Shown here piece by piece: positions 30,923-37,299 of a stretch of DNA of 37,299 bases. Origin of the DNA: Chthoniobacteraceae bacterium. Lineage in GTDB: Bacteria; Verrucomicrobiota; Verrucomicrobiia; Chthoniobacterales; Chthoniobacteraceae. The stretch is from assembly GCA_031409655.1 (NCBI GenBank), contig JANNXQ010000265.1, forward strand, positions 1 to 37,299, given 5' to 3'. The notes below the pieces were generated by a model. It searched no databases, was not told the DNA's origin, and worked only from the letters and a program-made list of their open reading frames with translations. Every line of letters begins with the position of its first letter. Positions within the stretch are counted from its first letter, which is position 1. A program made the position numbers and the translations under genes.

Positions 30923-33655
30923 ATGCTCTCCCGCTACCTCCTCGCCATCCTCGCTTTCACGCTCTCTCCCTTAGCCGGACGCGGGTCCTCCCTGCCGCCG
31001 GCCGCGGGGCGGGTGGTGGACTTTGCCACCGAGATCAAGCCGCTCTTTGAGGCGGCGTGTATCAAGTGTCACGCGAAGGGGAAGGAAAAGGGGGAGTTTT
31101 CGCTGGAGACGCGTGCGGCCTTTCTGAAAGGCGGCGAGACGGGCGTGGTGGCGATCCTCGGCAAGAGCGGGGAAAGTCTCGTGGTGGAGATGGTGGCGGG
31201 CGTCGATCCGGATTCGGTGATGCCGAAAAAGGGCACCAAGTGGACGCCGGAACAAGTCGGCCTCCTGCGCGCCTGGAACGATCAAGGCGCGCCGTGGCCA
31301 GACGGCATCACCTTCGCCAAGCCGCCGCCAGGGAATCTGCACCCACACCCGGTCACCCTGGCACCGCGGCCCGCGGTGCATCCCATCGATGACGTGATCT
31401 CGCGCTATTTAGCGGAGAAGGCGCTCCCCTTCCCTGCGACGGTGGACGATCGCACTTTTGCCCGCCGCGTTCACCTCGACACTATCGGCCTACTCCCGAC
31501 GACCGAACAGCTCGACACCTTCCTGAAAGACACCGCGCCGGGCAAACGCGCCGCCCTCGCGAAGCGGTTGCTCGACGACAAGATCGGCTACGCCAATCAC
31601 TGGCTCACCTTTTGGAACGACCTCCTCCGAAACGACTACAAAGGCACCGGCTTCATCGACGGTGGCCGCAAGCAGATCAGCGGCTGGCTCTACAAATCGC
31701 TGATCGAAAATCTGCCCTACGACCGCTTCGTCACCCAACTCGTGAATCCGGGCAAGGAGAGCGAAGGCTTCACCAAGGGCATTATCTGGCGGGGCAATGT
31801 GAACGCCTCGATGCTCCCGCCGATGCAGGCCGCGCAGAATGTCTCGCAGGTCTTCATGGGAGTGAATCTGAAGTGCGCCTCCTGCCACGACAGCTTCATC
31901 AATGACTGGGCGCTCGCGGATGCCTATGGCCTCGCGGCGATCTATGCGGATGAACCGCTGGAACTCGTGCATTGCGACAACCCCACCGGCAAGCAAGCCA
32001 CGGTGCGCTTTCTCTACCCCGAAGTCGGCGGCATCGATGCCCGGGCCGACAAACCCGAGCGCCTGAAACGGCTCGCGGAAATCCTGACCAGCCGCGAGAA
32101 CGGCCGCCTCTCGCGGACCATCGTAAATCGACTCTGGGCGCGCCTGCTCGGGCGCGGACTCGTCGATCCGCTGGACGATATGGAGCAGCCTGCGTGGAGT
32201 CGCGAGTTGCTCGATTGGCTCGCGGAGGATTTCGTCGCGCACGGCTACGATTTGAAACACACCGTCGCGACCATCTGCAGTTCTGCGGCCTATGCACTGC
32301 CGACCGTCGAAGGGCCGAACGAGAAGGAGGCTTTTGTCTTTCGCGGACCCCTCACCCGCAGGCTCACGGCAGAGCAATTCGGCGACGCCCTCAGTGCCTT
32401 GAGTGGCGACTGGAGTCGGCTGCCCTCGTCGCTCGAGTTTGACTTCGGCGCGAGCGGGCTCGTCGGCGGATTGCAGATGCCAAAGTGGATCTGGACTCCC
32501 GAGTCGTGGGAACTCGGCCCGCAGCGCGATGCCATCCAGGCCGCGCGGCCAAAGCTCGACGCCGCGCAGAAGGGACTCGTGGAGGCCGAGGCAAAAGGCG
32601 GTGACGCCCTCGCCACCGCCGCTGCCGCGGTGACCGCCGCCCAGCAGCAACTCACGGCCGCGACCGCGCCGCGCGCCCCGATCGCCATGGGCACCGATCA
32701 CGTCCTGCCCGAGAGCGACCGGCACGAAGTCATCTTCCGCAAAAAGATCACGCTCAGCGCCGTGCCTGCCGAGGCCTATGGCGCCGTGCTCGCCAGTCAG
32801 CGCTTCACCGTCCAGGTGAATGGCCGCGAGGCCAAGCCCATCCAGCGCGACGGCTTCCGCAGTGGCCGCATCGTGCTCATCGATCTCCAGCCGCTGCTCG
32901 TGGCCGGAGAAAATCTCATCACCATCAACGTCTCGAGCCACACCGAGAAACAGGTCAACGACGTCGAGCGCCCGAAATATCCCGGCGCCACCACCCACCT
33001 CAACGCCCGCCCCGGCCTCGCCTTTTACGCCCGCTGCGAAATGCCCGACGCCAAAACGCCCGTGCAGATCCTGAGCGACGAAACCTGGCGCACCCGCCGC
33101 AATCCCGACGGTGCCTGGCACAAACTCACCAACGCCGACGCCACCTGGTCCACCGCCATCTTACTCCCGCCCGGTGCCGAGCCCATCGACGAAGGCCCCA
33201 GCCTCAAGCCCATCACGAGAAAAGACTTTGCCAATCTTCCCGTCGAACTCGGCCCCCAGCTCAGCGCCGCCGTCAGCACCGCCGCGCACGTCGGAGAAAT
33301 TCGCGCCGCCCTGCTCGCCGCCGATCCCCTGCAAGTCGCCCTCGATCGCCCCAACCGCGAGATCGTCGTGCCGCAGCGCGCCAGCACCGCCACCACCATC
33401 CAAGCCCTCGAACTAACCAACGGCGCCACCCTCAACGCCCGCCTGAAAAAAGCCGCCGCCAAATTCGCCCCCCAAGCGACCGCTGACTCTGGAGCCTGGC
33501 TCAATCACTTTTATCGCCACGCCCTCAGCCGCCCCCCGAGCAAAGCCGAACGCGAAATCGCCACCGAACTCCTCGGCCAGCCCGCCACTGCCGATGGCCT
33601 CGCCGATTTCCTCTGGGCCATCGTGAACCAGCCCGAGTTCCAATTGATCAACTGA
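30923..33655 (+). CDS. Planctomycete cytochrome c domain + DUF1549 + DUF1553 protein
   Basis: VDF..EIKPLF...CIKCH, MPKKG, HPID, RRVHLDTIGLLPT, MGVNLKCASCHD, VNRLWARLLGRGLV, ELLDWLA, RRLTAEQ, QALELTNG, EFQLIN. Start ATG 30923. Confidence 0.9.
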   Translation: MLSRYLLAILAFTLSPLAGRGSSLPPAAGRVVDFATEIKPLFEAACIKCHAKGKEKGEFSLETRAAFLKGGETGVVAILGKSGESLVVEMVAGVDPDSVMPKKGTKWTPEQVGLLRAWNDQGAPWPDGITFAKPPPGNLHPHPVTLAPRPAVHPIDDVISRYLAEKALPFPATVDDRTFARRVHLDTIGLLPTTEQLDTFLKDTAPGKRAALAKRLLDDKIGYANHWLTFWNDLLRNDYKGTGFIDGGRKQISGWLYKSLIENLPYDRFVTQLVNPGKESEGFTKGIIWRGNVNASMLPPMQAAQNVSQVFMGVNLKCASCHDSFINDWALADAYGLAAIYADEPLELVHCDNPTGKQATVRFLYPEVGGIDARADKPERLKRLAEILTSRENGRLSRTIVNRLWARLLGRGLVDPLDDMEQPAWSRELLDWLAEDFVAHGYDLKHTVATICSSAAYALPTVEGPNEKEAFVFRGPLTRRLTAEQFGDALSALSGDWSRLPSSLEFDFGASGLVGGLQMPKWIWTPESWELGPQRDAIQAARPKLDAAQKGLVEAEAKGGDALATAAAAVTAAQQQLTAATAPRAPIAMGTDHVLPESDRHEVIFRKKITLSAVPAEAYGAVLASQRFTVQVNGREAKPIQRDGFRSGRIVLIDLQPLLVAGENLITINVSSHTEKQVNDVERPKYPGATTHLNARPGLAFYARCEMPDAKTPVQILSDETWRTRRNPDGAWHKLTNADATWSTAILLPPGAEPIDEGPSLKPITRKDFANLPVELGPQLSAAVSTAAHVGEIRAALLAADPLQVALDRPNREIVVPQRASTATTIQALELTNGATLNARLKKAAAKFAPQATADSGAWLNHFYRHALSRPPSKAEREIATELLGQPATADGLADFLWAIVNQPEFQLIN

Positions 33656-33724
33656 TCAACTGATCATTCGGAGCGGCTGCCTCCAGACTGCCGAACCCTG
33701 CGCGCGCGGCACGAGACGCTCGAC

Positions 33725-35152
33725 TTACCCAGCCACCGGCTCGGGGCTCGCGGGCAGCGGATCTTTCACCTGCCGCTCCGTGCGGAGGGTGGGGTCGGAG
33801 AGGCGGCGGTCGTACACTTCGCTCCACTTCGCTTCGTTCATTTTGCACATGGGCACGGCGACCCATTCACCGTCCTGTTTCACGGCACCTTTGAAGACGC
33901 AGGAGTCGAGGCGGGATTTGATCACGGGATCGCGATCCGCGGTGGCGACAGTGGCGCCGCCCATGAAGTTGTGGATGCCGATGCCGAGGGTGTGGACTTC
34001 GCCCGCAGCGATGGCCGGGAGCATGGCGGGCGGGATCTTGCCGAGCGCGACGTGCTCGAGCAGGCGCACCCCGAGACGCGCGACGAGGTCGAGATTGCGC
34101 GCAAAGACGCCGAGCAATCGGAACGGCGCGGTGCCGGCGTCGTCGGTGACGAGCGAGAGGCCGCCAGTGCGCGTGAGCACTTCGCCGAGGAGTCCGTCCC
34201 ACTTTGGATCGTCGGGGAGGAGCGCGCAGTATTCGCGGCCGCGGCGGGAGATGAGGAGCGAGGCCCAGGAGTTGCAATCCGGATGGCCGAAGATGGTGGC
34301 GTCGCGGCGCAGCGGAAGATTGGCGCCATCGCAGATTTTCTCCCAGACGAGCGCGGGGGTGATGGGCTGCTCGCTGAAGATGGTGCGCCCAGCATCAGCC
34401 TCGGGCTGAAAGCTGAGCATGCGCCAGAGCTGCGAGCGGCGCGGATCGGCGAGGAACCACTGCACGATCTCCGGCACAAACTCGATGTTGCGGCGCGCGA
34501 CGGTGCAGTTGTGTGCGAACTCGAGCGGCAGGCCGGTCTTCTCACGCAAGCGCCAGCCGAGCTCGGTGAAAGCTGCGCGCACGGGATGCAGGTCGGCCTC
34601 GCTTTTCACCCGCCCGATGGGGAAGCCATGCCGACCGGCCTGCGTCATATCCACATGCACGGCGACCTGCCGCAGCCCACCCTCGACCATGAGCCGCTCG
34701 AGAAATTCCGGATGCTCGATCAGCGTCTGCCCGTGGGTCATCAGCATCGGCACGAGCCCGACGGAATACGTGTAGCGGACGATCTCGACGAGTTCGTCCG
34801 CGCGTCCACTGCGCCAGTAGGCGTCGGCGACATCGCCGCCGGTGAGTTGCAAGCCGCCGCCCGGCCCCTGGAAGCGGCGGTTCGCATCGATCTGCTCCTT
34901 CATATCCGCGAGCGAAGGCATCGGCACGTCGTTCGCATTTTTCGGCAGGTAGCAGTGCGTGCAATGAAATGAGCAGTAACTCGCGCCGAGCGTGAAACCG
35001 CAGTGCGTCATGTGCCGCCCGGAGATTTGATTCGGCGTCTTCAGCTCTTCGGGAAGCGTCGCCCAACGCGCATCCAGGACGCGTTGCTTTTCGCCCTGGA
35101 TCGGATGGAGAAAGGCCCGCCAGCGGGCTTGCCAGCGCTCAACGGTAGTCAT
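33725..35152 (-). CDS. Radical SAM protein
   Basis: CSFHCTHC (CxxxCxxC), QLTGGD, MTHG, HVD..Q; C-terminal HPDC, HNFM, RLDSC, VPMC. Confidence 0.88.
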   Translation of the reverse strand: MTTVERWQARWRAFLHPIQGEKQRVLDARWATLPEELKTPNQISGRHMTHCGFTLGASYCSFHCTHCYLPKNANDVPMPSLADMKEQIDANRRFQGPGGGLQLTGGDVADAYWRSGRADELVEIVRYTYSVGLVPMLMTHGQTLIEHPEFLERLMVEGGLRQVAVHVDMTQAGRHGFPIGRVKSEADLHPVRAAFTELGWRLREKTGLPLEFAHNCTVARRNIEFVPEIVQWFLADPRRSQLWRMLSFQPEADAGRTIFSEQPITPALVWEKICDGANLPLRRDATIFGHPDCNSWASLLISRRGREYCALLPDDPKWDGLLGEVLTRTGGLSLVTDDAGTAPFRLLGVFARNLDLVARLGVRLLEHVALGKIPPAMLPAIAAGEVHTLGIGIHNFMGGATVATADRDPVIKSRLDSCVFKGAVKQDGEWVAVPMCKMNEAKWSEVYDRRLSDPTLRTERQVKDPLPASPEPVAG

Positions 35153-35333
35153 GTCGGGAAGGCTAGGTGCGTCGAAGGATTATCCCAAGCACGAAGAATG
35201 AGATGAAAGCCAGGCAGCGGAATTTTTCGGGCCCGCTAAGGAGCGATTAAGGTCGGACGGGAATGGTGCGCATTGTCGAACGCACGATCCCCGCGCGTTC
35301 GCGAAACAAGCAAACATCCAAACAAACAACATT

Positions 35334-36095
35334 ATGAAAAACCCCTGTGAAAAACTCGCGCCGTCCGTCAGGAACCGTCGCCTCACCCACCCCCTCATGC
35401 TCGCCCTGGTCGGCGCCATACTTTCGATGCAGCCGGCGCTGGCCGGATCGAAACCGAAGGAAGTCATCCCTTTCACCGACGCCCGCATCCGCATCGAGGT
35501 GAACGCCACCGATGGCGACTCCGGACTACACGTCCTGCTCGATGCGGAAGGGTGGAAATTCGTGAATATCTTCGACCCGTGCGGGAAGCTGGTCTTCCAC
35601 GTCGCCGGGGGCGGAAGCGTGCGGAAAACCGGGCTCACGGAACTCTTCTTCGAGAGCGCCGAACCGGGTTTTGAGGAGTTGCCGCTCGATCAATTCCTGG
35701 CGCGTTTTCCGAAGGGCGACTACTGCTTCGTCGGCGAAACCATCACGGGGAAAAAACTGCGGAGCAAAGCGCAGCTGACCCATGCGCTTCCCGAAGGCCC
35801 GGTGCTCCTCCTGCCTGCTGAGGGCGCAGTCCTCAATCCCAGCAATGTCGTGCTCAGTTGGGCGCCGGTCGCCGATCCCGCGGGCAGTCGCATCGTGCGG
35901 TATGAAGTGCTCGTCGTCGAAGATGGCTCCGTGCCGAAGCGCGTCTTGAGCGCGACCGTCCCGGCCGCGGTGACCAGCATGGTCGTCCCGCCGACATTCC
36001 TGGTGCGGAATGCCTCCTACAAATGGGAGATCCTGGCCATCGAACAAGGCGGTAATCAGACCCTGTCGGAAGGCACCTTCCTGACGAACCCGTGA
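35334..36095 (+). CDS. Secreted hypothetical protein, C-terminal FN3/Ig-like region
   Basis: Signal peptide ending QPALA; IEVNATDGDSGL, ELFFESAEP; LSW.PV...Y.V...YKWEILA. Confidence 0.75.
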   Translation: MKNPCEKLAPSVRNRRLTHPLMLALVGAILSMQPALAGSKPKEVIPFTDARIRIEVNATDGDSGLHVLLDAEGWKFVNIFDPCGKLVFHVAGGGSVRKTGLTELFFESAEPGFEELPLDQFLARFPKGDYCFVGETITGKKLRSKAQLTHALPEGPVLLLPAEGAVLNPSNVVLSWAPVADPAGSRIVRYEVLVVEDGSVPKRVLSATVPAAVTSMVVPPTFLVRNASYKWEILAIEQGGNQTLSEGTFLTNP

Positions 36096-36283
36096 GCTCG
36101 TCCACTTCCCCAGAGGCGACGGATGTGCTGGCGCAACGCGCGACCCACTCCGTCGTCTCAAGGGGCGGAGCCAGCCAGCCCGCGCGGAGCTAGCCGGGAG
36201 GAGTTGGGCGAGGCAAGCGCGCCCCCGAAGCGACGCGCACTTTCTCCGCGCCGGGAGTGCATCCGCCTGCTAAAGACACTCGC

Positions 36284-37299
36284 GTGCGCTCTCCCAAGAC
36301 TCTCCTCGCCGCAGTGCTCCTCACTTACTCGCCACTCCCGCTGCACGCGGAAAACTGGCCCACGTGGCGCGGGCCGCGGCTCGATGGCTCCAGCGCGGAG
36401 CAAGGCATCCCGACCAAGTGGAGCGCCACCGAGAATATCGCCTGGCGCACGGAGCTGCCGGGCGAAGGTCACGCTTCGCCGATCGTCTGGGGCGACAAGG
36501 TTTTCACCGTGGCTTCCAAAACGGGCAGCGAAGATCGCATGCTCCTTTGTCTCGATCGGAAGACGGGCGCGCTCCTTTGGCAGACCGTGGTGCTCCAGTC
36601 GGGCGCGGAACAAATCCACCGGCTCAACAGCCGCGCCTCCAGCACGCCAGCCACCGATGGTGAGCGCGTCTTCACCGCCTTTCTCGACAACCGCGAGGTG
36701 GTCGTCGCCGCGCACGACTTCGCCGGGAAACCAGTCTGGCTCAAGCGTCCCGGCGCCTTCGCGAGCAAGCACGGCTTTTGCAGTTCGCCGATTCTCTTTC
36801 AGGACAAGGTGATCGTGAACTGCGATCACGACGGCGACGGTTACATCGTGGCCTTCGCGCGCACCGATGGCCGCGAGTTGTGGCGCATCGATCGGCCGAA
36901 CCAGACGCGCAGCTATTGCGTGCCGATCATCCGTGAAGTCGGCGGCCGCACCCAGATGGTGCTCTCGGGCTCAAAGTGCGTGACCAGCTACGACCCGCAG
37001 ACTGGCAAGCTGCTCTGGATCATCGACGGGCCCACCGAGCAATTCGTCGCCTCCCTCGTTTTCAACGATCGCGCCGGCCTCTTCTTCCTGACCGCCGGCT
37101 ATCCCGAGCACCACATCCTCGCCATCCGGCCCGAGGGTAGCGGCAACGTCACCGGCAGCGCCATCGCCTGGCGCACCACCCGCGGCGCGGCCTATGTGCC
37201 TTCGCCCATCGCCGAGGGCGACTGGTGCCTCGTGGTCTCGGACTCCGGCATCGCGCACTGCTTTGCGGCTGCCACCGGTGACCTCGCCTGGCAGGAACG
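36284..37299 (+). CDS. PQQ-binding-like beta-propeller protein, 3' truncated by the window (absent from the ORF track)
   Basis: GTG 36284: MRSPKTLLAAVLLTYSPLPLHA-ENWPTWRGPRLDG...GHASPIVWGD...ASSTPATDGERVF...; frame open to the window end. Confidence 0.88.
   Translation, partial: MRSPKTLLAAVLLTYSPLPLHAENWPTWRGPRLDGSSAEQGIPTKWSATENIAWRTELPGEGHASPIVWGDKVFTVASKTGSEDRMLLCLDRKTGALLWQTVVLQSGAEQIHRLNSRASSTPATDGERVFTAFLDNREVVVAAHDFAGKPVWLKRPGAFASKHGFCSSPILFQDKVIVNCDHDGDGYIVAFARTDGRELWRIDRPNQTRSYCVPIIREVGGRTQMVLSGSKCVTSYDPQTGKLLWIIDGPTEQFVASLVFNDRAGLFFLTAGYPEHHILAIRPEGSGNVTGSAIAWRTTRGAAYVPSPIAEGDWCLVVSDSGIAHCFAAATGDLAWQE

Noticed and set aside
33645..33666. TGATCAAC x2.75 microrepeat over the DUF1553 gene stop codon
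   Set aside because: Too short; copy-number change would not alter the protein; likely local slippage.
36123..37258. ORF-track calls in this interval
   Set aside because: All are alternative frames of the real, stop-less propeller gene starting at 36284.

Overview
GC-rich bacterial chromosomal segment. The gene content points to a PVC-superphylum bacterium, most likely Verrucomicrobiota (inference): DUF1549/DUF1553 cytochrome protein, LESRIAP/LEPR-XLL-type extracellular protein, PQQ-like propellers, DUF4838 protein and A/C-rich SD-less leaders. About 27 CDSs. Housekeeping genes: RsuA-family pseudouridine synthase, galT, HU, gamma-carbonic anhydrase, mpl, parB. Signalling: a hybrid histidine kinase plus response regulator, and a large Ser/Thr kinase. 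Many secreted or surface proteins. No rRNA, tRNA or CRISPR array was seen. Most notable: (1) a membrane Ser/Thr kinase with a degenerate ECF sigma factor fused at its N-terminus and a C-terminal LRR domain; (2) a 152-bp tandem duplication of the 5' end of a RAYT/Y1 transposase gene at the window edge; (3) two tandem paralogous fibre-like surface proteins, one with a collagen segment; (4) a MITE-like nested inverted-repeat element; (5) a radical SAM enzyme with Tes/GDGT-MAS-like C-terminal motifs; (6) an mpl gene coupled to an M14 peptidase. Domain calls come from motif recognition only; no searches were run.
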